NCBI RefSeq assembly: GCF_902459465.1
Contig: NC_047071.1
Location: 13,454,001-13,518,000, forward strand
DNA from: Asterias rubens
Lineage: Eukaryota
Length of the DNA stretch: 64,000 nucleotides
Direction: 5' to 3'
In this document: piece by piece, positions 1-11,660 of the stretch
How positions within the stretch are numbered: the first letter of the stretch is position 1
How the letters are laid out: each line of letters opens with the position of its first letter
Program-made: the position numbers and the translations under genes
The notes under the pieces: model-generated
The model's database searches: none
Told to the model about the DNA's origin: nothing
What the model saw: only the letters and a program-made list of their open reading frames with translations

Positions 1-288
1 TTGGTCATCTAAGTTGCGAGAAAATTATGAAAGAAAAAACACCCTGGTTGGACGAATTCGTGTGCTTTCAGATCAGAATAAAATACTTCTAGCTAGAAGT
101 CTTTTATTATTTTAGTGAGAAATTACCTCTTTCTCAAAAACTACGTTACTTCAGAGGGAGCCGTTTCCCACAATGTTGTATATTATCAACAGCTCTCCAA
201 TGCTCGTCAGTTTTTAAGTGAATATTTCTTTTAAGTTTTTAAGTTAATATTTCTTTTGAGTAATTACCAAACGTTGACTTCCCTTTAA
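1..288 (+). mobile_element. Kolobok/T2-type MITE, subfamily B (window-truncated); strand is relative to the copy at 22001-22386
   Basis: Same body as 32702-33075. Ends AATTACCAAACGTTGACTTCCCT + TTAA. Confidence 0.75.
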
Positions 289-299
289 GACTTTAGTTG

Positions 300-425
300 G
301 GCCGTGTCCGAAACGACGACTTCGGCTACAGCTACGTCTAGATCAGCGCGTCTACCAGTGTTGAATAGGCAGACACGCGCGATCTAGCCGTAGCTGTAGC
401 CGAAGTCGCCGTTTCGGACACGGCC
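300..425. mobile_element. Short palindromic MITE, PIF/Harbinger-like
   Basis: ~43-bp near-perfect inverted arms GGCCGTGTCCGAAACG..CTAGATC; GGCC termini; identical 3-bp flanks TTG (297-299, 426-428). Confidence 0.7.
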
Positions 426-525
426 TTGGTTGCTCTAGATCTGGAATAATGGACTGGTATCTCACCACATCAATAGTTCGAGGTGAAATGAATGTGAGGT
501 AATGTTTTTCATCAGAGGAAACGAC

Positions 526-769
526 CAGAGTCAAAGGTCATGAAGCATGTAAGCACACAAACTTGCTTAGCATGGAATTTCTTCCTTGGTAATAAAAGGA
601 TTACCAAACAAATTTTCACTTGTTGCATATTGCTTGATACTGGTATTCAGCTGTTGTTTGCTAAATCCTGAAAATCACGTGGAAATGTGGTTGGTAATCC
701 TGTTTTTACCTAGGAAGAAACTTCATGCTAAGCAAATTTTGTGCTTACAGGCTTCATAAAATTGGCCCC
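526..769. mobile_element. Foldback MITE with ~70-bp inverted arms
   Basis: Left arm CATGAAGCATGTAAGCAC..GGATTACCAA matches the reverse complement of TTGGTAATCC..GTGCTTACAGGCTTCATA. Confidence 0.65.
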
Positions 770-976
770 AGGGTCAAATTTCATAAAACTTTTAGGCACT
801 CAAACTTGCTGAGCACGGAATAGTTTTGCTTAGCAGACATAAGTTACTAGCCAACTGACATTGTTGTGAGAGAACTTGTGACAGGTGCCCCGACTCAATT
901 CTTGCTCATCAAATATAACTATTTGCTGAGCAGAACTATCTGCTTATCAGCTTTCAAAGTATGAAATCGGGCACTG
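769..976. mobile_element. Related MITE abutting the previous one
   Basis: Termini CAGGGTCAAATTTCATAA / TATGAAATCGGGCACTG are imperfect inverted repeats; internal TTGCT(G/T)AGCA motifs. Confidence 0.5.
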
Positions 977-2324
977 ATTTCTGAAACTGTTTCCCTCAAT
1001 TGAATAGCTACATGAACGTGTAAAGTAAAATGGCTGCGATTAATCAAGAGATATAAACCATGATACCATGAATAGGCTATAAGACCCGACCTTGAAGTTT
1101 TGTCTGAAAGGGGTGTTTTATTGACGAGACAATGTATTGATATCGGCATACAGTGTGCATATTTAAAAGCCTGATTCGTCCATAAAACACCAGAAAGCTT
1201 ATAAATTTTCCATAGAGTAATTGCTCTATGTATTGAGATGCACATGTAGTTATAGTACCATCAAGTCTAATGATGATGGTAGGTACATACATGTATACGT
1301 TGAATAAATGTATGTTTTTTTTAGAACCACAATCATTACAACCAGTGTATTTTGAGAAGTATTGAATGAATTATAAAATATGAGGGAAGTAGTTATGATA
1401 TCCTGAAGTAGTATTTACTTAGATTGTGTACATAAAATGTATGAGGTATGTACAGTGTGCATGTTAAGCTTTGCGTTTAGAAGTGTTTGCGACGACCGCC
1501 ATGGTTTTTTACTTCAATAACACGTGTTATTTCAACTACATAGCCTTTTGCAAAATTGAATGAATAAACCATATGCATCAAATCTACCCATGGCGTGAAG
1601 CCCGGGTGTATCATAATCGCCATCGTATGAATTATCAACTGATCACAAATGAATTCGTTTCACCAGGCCACAATGCCATCATTGTACACACACAGACATC
1701 TACGTCTGCTTTTCATGATATCATTTTTGGCGCACATTCTTCTTCGGGCTAACCTGTGGATTTAACCCTTGCATCACTTTTAACACCCAAGTGATGTAAA
1801 TAACAACACGTCAGCAGGCTAGGTGTCATCCCGACCTATATTGTCTTCTCGTTTAATCTCTCTCGCCTTCTCTCTCCCGGGCAAAACAAAGCCACGTCCG
1901 TCTATTGAACGTTTTACCTTGATCACGTGTTAGTAAATTCGACCATGTGAAATATGATTGTAATTGTCAGTAGCGTATACGGGCCCTATAGACCATGTGA
2001 ACTTTGTTTACAATAAGTGTGACCTGGTGCATTCTTTAGGTATTCTGGCAGGCAATACACTGCACTGGAACTATGTGAAAGTTGACATTTTGTGTCATAA
2101 TTTACACATAAATCCAAGAGTTATGAAAGTAAAAGCTGGACAAGTTTTGAGATGTGCCCCTTTCATTATATCAAAGTTGATAGGATTTAGACAGTGTTAT
2201 CTCCGTAAAATATAAGATTTTATGTTTTCTTCTATTAGGCTGTGTACAAATCATGCCTGCATGAAGTCCAGGCCCTGTGGCTCTTTTGTAAATAATTATG
2301 TGATGTCACAGGTCACATCGTCTA

Positions 2325-2556
2325 TAGAGTGCTATTCACACAACAGTAGTTTAACTGGGGTCCCTTGCATAATTTTAGCATAATTGTAAAATGTAGCAAT
2401 GTTTGACAACACTTTGCAAGAGAACTTAATTGTAGGCCTCTACAGTATACAAAATTGTTGTCCTTTCACACGAGGTACATTTTTGTAAATTTTTACAACC
2501 TTGCTACAATTTGGCAAGGGACCCGTGCTAAATTGCTATTGTGTGTAAGGGGCTTA
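2325..2556 (-). mobile_element. ~220-bp MITE copy A (intron 2)
   Basis: Reverse-complement homologue of 3222-3432 (shared GTCCTTTCACACGAGGTACATTTT, AGCAATGTTTGACAA). Confidence 0.65.
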
Positions 2557-3030
2557 GACCTGCCTTGTGCCCATGTACGCTCTCCCGCCTAGCCAACTGT
2601 AATACATAACAATTTGCCTTTATTGTACTGTGCACCGGAGAGTCATGTTGCTATGGTCATATCATGTGGTGTTAACGACACATTAGAGTCTAGACGAGAC
2701 AGTCATGGAGACTGATAAATGAACATACAGTTCATGTAGGCCTACTGCCTTGCACAATAAAGAAACAGTTCTAGAATGTTATGACGTCAACTGTTATAGT
2801 AATTATACAAAATTCCTAAGACGCAAACGACATCCAGGCAACGGAGGTAAAAATCACACAATTTCGTTACCCTAGTAATTTTTCTTTTTTAAAGCAAGGG
2901 CTCAATCATAATGATACAATAGCGTAATTACATTTTAAAGTAAAATTGTCGTCTGGTTCGAGATGGTTAAAAAAGTAGTCCCAATGTCTCACTATAAAGG
3001 CCATGGTCACATATTTGGATTCTGGGCAGT

Positions 3031-3185
3031 TAAAGGCACTGGTTAGTATTGGTAATTACTCAAAATAATTGTTAGCATAAAAACTTACTTGGTAACGAGC
3101 AACGGAGAGCTTTTGACAGTATGCAACATTGTGAGAAACGGCTCCCTCTGAAGTGACGTAGTTTTCGAGAAAGAAGTCATTTCTA
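3031..3185 (-). mobile_element. Kolobok-type MITE fragment
   Basis: TTAAAGGCACTGG..ATTGGTAATTACTCAAAATAATT terminus plus CATTGTGAGAAACGGCTCCCTCTGAAGT; truncated. Confidence 0.7.
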
Positions 3186-3221
3186 ACCTGGTCATGGTAT
3201 ACATTCACTATCGTACGACAC

Positions 3222-3432
3222 TAAAGCCCCTTTCACACGAGAGAAAATTAGCAAGGGTCCCTTGCTAAATTGCAGCATGATTTTTCAAAATGTACCTCGT
3301 GTGAAAGGACAAAAAAATTCTACTGTCCAAGTTCTCTTCTAAATTCTTTGTCAAACATTGCTACTTTTTACAGCCATGGTAAAATTAAGCAAGGGACCCA
3401 AGTTATATTGCTGTCGTGTAAATATGGCTTAA
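3222..3432 (+). mobile_element. ~210-bp MITE copy B (intron 2)
   Basis: Imperfect TIRs AAGCCCCTTTCACACGA / TCGTGTAAATATGGCTT; inverted relative to 2325-2556. Confidence 0.65.
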
Positions 3433-3499
3433 GAAACCCTGAGGCAGTTTTGTATTATTACATTTATTATGGAAAAATTGCAAATGAATTTGAACTTAC

Positions 3500-4015
3500 C
3501 GGATGTGAAGAGAACAATTGCTTTCATGCAGCTGTACTCGGCCGAATCCACGTGTAACGCCTTCAACTTCTCAACCTGTTCTTGGAATATCCGAATATGA
3601 TCCATAAAAGCTACAACCCGATCTGCCGACATGGGGCTCGCGTGGAGTCCCGAGGCAGCGAGGAGGGGGGCAACGTGGAGGGGCATGGAACACTGGGACG
3701 CGTTCAGAACGAAGAGTTCGCTCCAGCACATACGGAGCAGGGCAACCTGGTCGGTCACCTGAAGGTCCGGAAAGAAGGGAATATTACGGGCCCATTCCAC
3801 GGCGCTGAAGAGCAACCTCGCCGCCAATTCGCAGATGTTATCAATGCCCATGACACTGTTGGTCTGCATACACTGGGCATATCTGGAGGTGGGGTAGGGT
3901 TCGGCCCGGAGAAGCAGCGAGATGTAACCAGACAGGAACGAGTGGCCCTCGAATCGGCCGTCGAGGTACTGGCCTGGTCCTGGCTGTGACGGTGGCACTC
4001 GTCCGCGCTGTACTG
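3500..4015 (-). CDS. COUP-TF: COUP-TF coding exon 2: hinge plus most of the ligand-binding domain (AVQRGRVPP...KAIVLFTS); the final exon (expected DACGL...) lies outside the window, left of base 1
   Basis: Acceptor tctcttgcag|CA at 4016/4015 completes G+CA = Ala (RE-AVQRGR). The exon is 516 nt and keeps phase 1, with donor TCC G|gtaagt at 3499. It encodes [47 protein letters not shown] and [19 protein letters not shown], all NR2F signatures. No exon-3-like sequence was seen in 1-3499. Confidence 0.97.
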
Positions 4016-5686
4016 CTGCAAGAGACCATGAATTGCGTTACGTTATCAACTTATTCACTGGGCAAAAAAAAACTAAAACGTATTTATAGTTCAGTTCCCA
4101 CTTCTCAGTTGTTTTGAAAAGTTGTGTTTTGAGTGATCCTTTAACTTGAACAAATGTAATAATTGAGTTTGATAGCAGTGGGTGGTTTATAAGAGAAATA
4201 TTTAACCGGTATTACGTAACTTTTTTTATAACCATGTTTTTGTAACCATTAAGACCAAACTTTTAATAACTTTTAAAGTGCGCATTTAAATTTGATTGTT
4301 GCAGATTCTAACTGCGACGAGGATAATTTGTTATCAAATCACTTTTAACTCCACTGCTAAAGCCAACTTGATTCTGATTTGAACGATAGCAACTTCTTGA
4401 TTATTACAAGTTTTATATTTCAGCAGACTACTATAAATATAATTTATATAGACTTGATATAGCCTTTATCACAGTTAGTGAATACAATAAGGTTTTTTCT
4501 TTCCACTTCTAAAGTAACAAAGTCACACGCATGCAAAAAAAAAAAACGCGTCTTGGTCCAATACTAATTTGTGTGTGTTTCTTTAACATTATCAAATCAT
4601 AATTTTTGAAGGCAACAAGAGCAAGGGCACAAACTCAAGTCTGTCGGCCATTCTCAGAATCCTTTATGAGAAGTTCTTGTATCCTTTCTTTAGTTTGTAT
4701 ATGTCATGCCCATCGTTACAGTTCCATGTTAAATATAGAACATGAATCAAAACACACGTTATTATATAGACTGTTATTGTAAGGGTATTGTAAGTGCAAC
4801 TATATTTTATACTTAATATTTTAGTATCGGTAGAAAAAAAACATTATAATTTAGGATATTAACTGCGCCCTTTTTTATAACGACTTAGAATGAAACGTTG
4901 AAATAGATAGCTTCAGATAGTTAGTGTTCTCGTACTTAAAATAATATTTTAACATAGTGCACACCCAATATTGTACCAAGTTAAATAAAACAAAGTTTAT
5001 GGACAAATTTTAAAACGTAGTCAGCATGGAAACTGGTAGTTTTAGAATTCTTTTCAGGTATCACTTTTATTTTCGGTAAAAGAGATAGGTGAATTACAAC
5101 GGATACAAATGTCTTGGTAAATTTGTTGAAGGAAAAATCTAGGAACGTATAAAGGTTGTGAATTTCAAGTTGACTGGTGGAATGTAGGTTTCGTTAATGC
5201 AGAACATCCTTCGAACGTATTTAAAAGTGTTCCAAATACTTTGAACAAGCGTATAAATGGAATTGTGCAATTATAAGTTTAAAAGTATTAAACTTTTCCA
5301 AATGGACATGGAGGGTTAAAACTTAGGGAAGTTCTTAATTTATTGGTAATTCACAGATCTTCTAAATTAAGATGGTTCAAAGCTACTTGCAAAAAAGAAA
5401 TGCGAAAACTGCAAAGTCTATAAAAAAATTGTGTTTTGAAGTTTGTTGATTATATTATAGGCCACACGGGAAGTTGCTAGTGTGATTTTCAGATATTTCA
5501 ATATTACTATTCTTTAGTTTCACCAATGTATCATCGTAATAAGCTAAATATCTTCTTGAGAAGTTAATGTATAACAGTTTCACACTTTGAACAGAAGTTG
5601 ACAAACTTTTCTGAAAGACTTCGAGGAAATGGCACCAATTGTTACCAACACTACAAACTTTGAAATAATTAGGTCAAAATAGATTA

Positions 5687-6433
<747 letters not shown>

Positions 6434-6559
6434 TCAAAGCGGGGCCACCAAAGGGCAAACCAGGGGTGGAGAGAGGGCAACAAGAGAGGGAAAAAAAGAA
6501 ACCAAGGTTAGTGTCGAGGTTAAAACACCAAAGCGCTTCTGTTACCAATACATGATTGT

Positions 6560-7500
6560 CACTTGTGAAGTACAATGACAACCAATAGCGAAACATCCGG
6601 GAAGAATGAAGAAGAATAAGAAAACTTACTAACCCCAGCAGCTACCCAAAGGTCGTGTTTATAACAATCCTGTTAAATCAAGAGTAGAAAAACTAAGGTC
6701 TAGATGACATGCCATTATTTCAATAGCCCGAATGCATTGCATGGAGTGGTGTGTGTAATGATGAAATACAACGTGAATCAAACGCCAGCCACACGGCCGC
6801 AACGGTACTGTACTCACCTGGTGAGCTATGTAAAGATCAACGCGCTTATTCACCACCGACCTCTAACTACCTATCTCGTAACCTTAGAACCGCAGACAGG
6901 GCAAAATGCCTAAAGTGACATCGTCGGTTGGCCAGCCCGCCGGAGCGGAGTAATTCCTTCTCTGCCGCGCTCCTGCAAACGGGGGCGTGAGCTCTCGCTG
7001 TCTCGGCACAATAGCTTGAACTCTGACACTGACTGTTTGAAACTGTTGGGTTACCATGACGGCCCCTTGCCTTTTATGGCGGGGGGATGTCAGCCGAGTT
7101 CACCCGGGTTGATTGGCGGATGGTTAATCAGTGTAACCACGGTCACGGCCTTCGGGGTCCATCAGTCAGAACAACCAGTGCATCCCCTGATTGGCTCCCA
7201 TCATGATTTGATAAATTATAGTCATGAATAATGCATGAGGTTGTGGGCGTGTTCTGGGGTATGGTATATCCCTACGCGCGCCGTGGTGTGGGGATTACCA
7301 GCACTGTTGTTTGGCAACTGGTAAACTAATCAAGTATTATCGAGAATCTCTCTTCTCTCTCTCTCGCCAGTGACTTCCTAACCTATGGGTTGCACTATTG
7401 GCACTCAGCTGGCACATTTTGAGCCAAGTCACAAGGGCAGAGCGAGAGTCAGTATTGTGTGCGTGTGGGAACAATCCAACCATCCGACTCGTCAGATTCC
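6560..7500 (-). promoter_or_regulatory. Probable COUP-TF promoter / 5' UTR region
   Basis: CpG-rich, repeat-free block immediately upstream of the ATG. It holds CCAAT motifs (~6583, ~7112, ~7190), an Otx-type GGATTA (7292-7297), Ets-type ACATCCGG (~6593) and ACTTCCT (7373), a GA/TC tract (7346-7365) and TGTGGGAA (~7463). The TSS cannot be placed from sequence. Confidence 0.5.
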
Positions 7501-8853
7501 CGCCGTGTTGTGAGAACTATTGACCGATTTAACGTCTGCGCGCTAGTTTGGTGGACACCGCTGCAATGTGACACAGTCATCAAGAGGAATGCTGTTCCAA
7601 ATTCGATTCCCAAAATGGAGTGATTGTTTACTTATAATCGCCAAAAAAATATCAACCACATTTATGAATGAAATTAGGGATAAAAAGCATAAATACGTGG
7701 CTGCATGCGTATGGAAGACGAGATTCCCAAATGGAGGCATGATTGTTTACTTGTAATTGCATGAACATCAACAAAATCTATAAAATAAGCTAATAATAAT
7801 GATTTAATCCTAAATAATAGCACTTTAAAACAGTTGAAAATAGTTGAAATAGGTGGGTGTTGAGGTTGGACCTGAAATTGGCCAAGGTATAGCATACGTA
7901 ATTTAAACAAACTATGGGATGTTGATTAAATTATATGACATAAAATTCTATATAAGTCTTTTGTCTATGATTATTCGAAGGGAAACCGCCAATATGTCAT
8001 TACAACTGAGAAATCTATGATTCCTGTCATATTTTGCAATCTGAAACTAGAACGTTCGTTCTTAATATGAAAATACTAGCTTCGTATACAAATTGAAGAA
8101 ATGACATTGAATGAGAAATTCATAATAACTTGCAAATTTAACATAAGTAATATTAACCCTGTGCATTAATGTTGCGAGTTTGTGCAAGATGCATACATGA
8201 TGATTCAAACAACTAGATCTAACCACTTTAAGTGGCAAACAACATTTTGTCCAATCTAGAAATTACACAAACAAAAAAAGGTCTTGTCTATCACATCAAA
8301 GAACATATTTATACCAGCAGCCCATTGCCAAATACTAAATACACTTGCATATATTTCATTGTATTTCCTGAATGAAAGTTTCATATCAAACAGAAGGGGA
8401 AAAAAGTACCGGTGTATACGCACGGGCTGTCCAGGGTAATCCCAGCTTTGTAACCCGGAATAGCCGTTTGAACCTGCGCTCGCAATTCCAAGTACTTACA
8501 CTCACCCCTCCGTAAAACACCGACCCAAATAAAACAACTTTTGCCAAACGATGAATGCGCGGGTTGTCCTTTAGTTGTTCGTGACTTTGCTGCGTGGAAA
8601 CGGATCATTTAGAAGAGATGACTCTGAAATGTGCTCGTTAATAATTCATGGTTTGTTTGTTTGTATACATTTTTATGCTGTCTAGACGGTTTGTTGTTGC
8701 GTCTGTTTGTTTATTTGTTTTTTGTTTTTTTTTTTTTTGATTGTTCGGGGTGTATACACGCAAATATGGCGCATGTGACTCTTGCTGAGACATCCAGCCT
8801 CGCGCTGCAATTGCAGTACATAGACCAAAAAGAATCTTACTAAACTATGTATA

Positions 8854-9069
8854 ATAATAAACTAAATAATAACTTGCGGGTACAACCATGTACAAGATTT
8901 TCTCCTGAAGACGAGCAGAGTATACTGTTCGAAACGTCGATACCAAACCGGCTATTTTCATAGTCAACACTCCATCAAACGGAATGCAAGAGATTATGTA
9001 CTCGCAAGTTTACTACTTTTAATATATTTATTCTTATCCTTTACACCATGCAAAGCTTCAAACATCGCT
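8854..9069 (+). mobile_element. Penelope-like short retro-insert carrying a minimal type I hammerhead-ribozyme motif, flanked by a 13-bp target-site duplication
   Basis: TSD TAAACTATGTATA at 8841-8853 and 9070-9082. Motif TCTC-CTGAAGA-C-GAGCAG(agtata)CTGTTC-GAAA-CGTC-GATA at 8901-8942. Enclosing inverted repeat 8871-8883 / 8998-9010. Confidence 0.7.
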
Positions 9070-10070
9070 TAAACTATGTATACAAATAAATCATTCCGTC
9101 ATTTTAAAATCTTGATCTTAAGTTTCTTTCATGCCGCCCTTGTTCGGACAGCTTACCACTCTTCAATTTCGCGCTCAATTTGCTAACACTATTTACATGA
9201 AACGACTCGGTCAAGGGTGGCATCAGTCAGCTCAAGTTCATTCTGTTCTAGAAACTACTTACAATACACTAGACTGACACGGCCTATCCACTTGCTTTCT
9301 ATCCCCTTCTGACCTGCACACACAGTTTTTACGATCTACCCTAAACCTTACCCCCAAAGGGTTGGTTGGTTATCAATTTTGCATTCAACTCATGCACTGA
9401 TATAAATTTATAAATACCCATCTTGTAGCGATCTATAGGTCATCACAGCCCAAGTTCAAAGCCGTGGGGTTATTTTCTTTTCTGTGTTTGCATGCCAGAC
9501 AGTATTGTCTGACGGCATTGTTAAGTGGTGACCTTATAGGAGAAAGAAAAAAAGCCAGACAAACCAATGAATCGATATAGGACCTTTTATGCGCTGAGAT
9601 ATTATATTGTTTGGTAGTGGTTGACTTGCCAAGCGCATGCAAACAGTTTGACGTTGGAGACATGAACGACGTTCTACCCCAGTGGTTACGAGTATGGCAT
9701 TGAACATGAAATTACCATTCAACATCTATAAACCGCTGGTTTTGGGGGGAAGCATTTTTTTACGGCAACAACTGGTGTACCAGAAAATCGGCGAGTTTGA
9801 GGATTGGTGTTCAATTTTTTAATAATGAATAGCTCTGATTCTGTCGTGAATTATTATGATGGACAATATCATACATACGAACTAATAATGTTGGCCTTGT
9901 TATAATTAATAGATGCCATCAGGACTATGTATAGCACACATTGGTCTAGGCCTGTAACATGAAATAAGGTAAAATAAAAGTAGATGCTGCTATGTATAGG
10001 GTCGTATGGAAATATTTGTACATTAGTAATGTTGTAAACAGCCCTTATGTATGGTGCTTCTTATTACCGC

Positions 10071-10457
10071 TTAAAGGCAGTGGACACTATTGGTAATTAC
10101 TCCAAATAATTATCATCATAAAACCTTTCTTGGTTACGAGTAATGGGGAGAGGTTGATAGTATAAAACATTGTGAGAAACAGCTCCCTCTGAAGTGACGT
10201 AGTTTTCGAGAGAGAAGTGGTTTTCCACGAATTTGATTTCGAGACCTCAAGTTTAGAACTTGAGGTCTCGAAATCAAGCACCAGAAAGCACACAACTTCG
10301 TGTGACAAGGGTGTTTTTTCTTTCATTATTATCTCGCAACTTCTATGACCGATTGAGCTCAAATTTTCACATGTTTGTTATTTTATGCATATGTTGAGAT
10401 ACACCAAGTAAGAAGACTGGTCTTTGACATTTTACCAATAGTGTCCACTGTCTTTAA
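10071..10457 (-). mobile_element. Full-length Kolobok/T2-type MITE
   Basis: TTAA flanks both ends; ~26-bp TIRs AGGCAGTGGACACTATTGGTAA / TTACCAATAGTGTCCACTGTCT. Confidence 0.85.
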
Positions 10458-10931
10458 GTTATCTTATTCGATTCATATAATGCCAATGGACCGAGTTGAC
10501 TATGACAACAACAAAAACTATTTACACAAATTATTTCAAAGATATTAACTTCTGTTTCAATTCTTACAGATCATAATTTTTATGTTGTTCTGCATACAAT
10601 CTGAATGTATGTTTTTTTGTTATTTGTTCTTTTATTACAAAATGCTATTATCTGTTTTTGTTCAACCGTATAGCGTGGGTAGGCTTTTATTTCAACCAGT
10701 TTGATATACAGATTGTGTAGTTATGTAGGGTTGCATTCAATAGATTCAACCTATACAGGATACGGGTCGATTAACATTATCAATACATGTGACCTTTTAG
10801 CTGCAGTACTTCTGCACTTTATCACAAAGATTTACTTATTTATAGTTATAAAACATTCACAATACTTTGTTTTACATGCAATGTTAAGCATACTAACCCG
10901 GTATACTTAAGACTATGGGGTTATGCCAGTC

Positions 10932-11281
10932 TTAAAGGAACTGCCTGGACACTATTGGTAAATACTCAAACTAATTGTTAGCATAAAATCATACTTGGTA
11001 ACGAGCAATGGGGATATGTTTATTAAAAAACATTGTGAGAAATGGCTCCCTCTGAAGTAACTTACTCAAATAATAATTAAAAGACTTCAGGCCTGAAGCC
11101 TTCTCTAAGGCGTCTGAAAGCACACAAGTTTGTGCAACAAAGGTGTGTTTTCTTTCATTATTCCCTTGCAACTTTGATGACCAATTGACTCCAAATTATC
11201 GCTGATTTGTTACGCAGATTATAAAATACACTCAGTGAGAATACGGGTCTTTAACAATTACCAAACGTGAACAATGCCTTA
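10932..11281 (-). mobile_element. Diverged Kolobok-type MITE (AAGACTTCAGGCCTGAAG-palindrome subfamily)
   Basis: Degenerate TIRs, shared body, abuts the next copy. Confidence 0.7.
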
Positions 11282-11660
11282 AAAGGCAGTGGCCACTATT
11301 GGTAATTACTCAAAATAATTGTTAGCATAAAAACTTTCTCGGTAACGAGTTATGAGGAGAGGTTGATAGTATAAACCATTGTGAGAAACGGCTCCCTCTG
11401 AAGTGACGTAGTTTTCAAGAAGAAGGTAATTTTCCACGAATTTAATTTCGAGACCTCAGAATTGGATTTTGAGGTCTCGAAATCAAGCATCTGAAAGCAC
11501 ACAACTTCGTGTAACCAGGGTGTCGTTTCATTCATTGTTATCTCGCAACTTCGGCGACCAATTGAGCTCAAATGTTCACAGGTTTGTTATTTTATGCATA
11601 TGTTGAGATACACCAAGTGAGAAGACTGGTCTTGACAATTACCAATAGTGTCCAATGCCT
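11279..11660 (-). mobile_element. Kolobok-type MITE, tandem with the previous copy
   Basis: AAAGGCAGTGGCCACTATTGGTAATT ... AATTACCAATAGTGTCCAATGCCT. Confidence 0.8.

Noticed and set aside
1-3499. Search for COUP-TF exon 3 (DACGL...RFGKLLLRLP)
   Set aside because: No such coding sequence is visible; intron 2 exceeds 3.5 kb and the exon lies outside the window.
3582-3989. 135-aa plus-strand ORF (also 3755-4021 and 3841-4029)
   Set aside because: Antisense or alternative-frame shadows of COUP-TF exon 2; no independent similarity.
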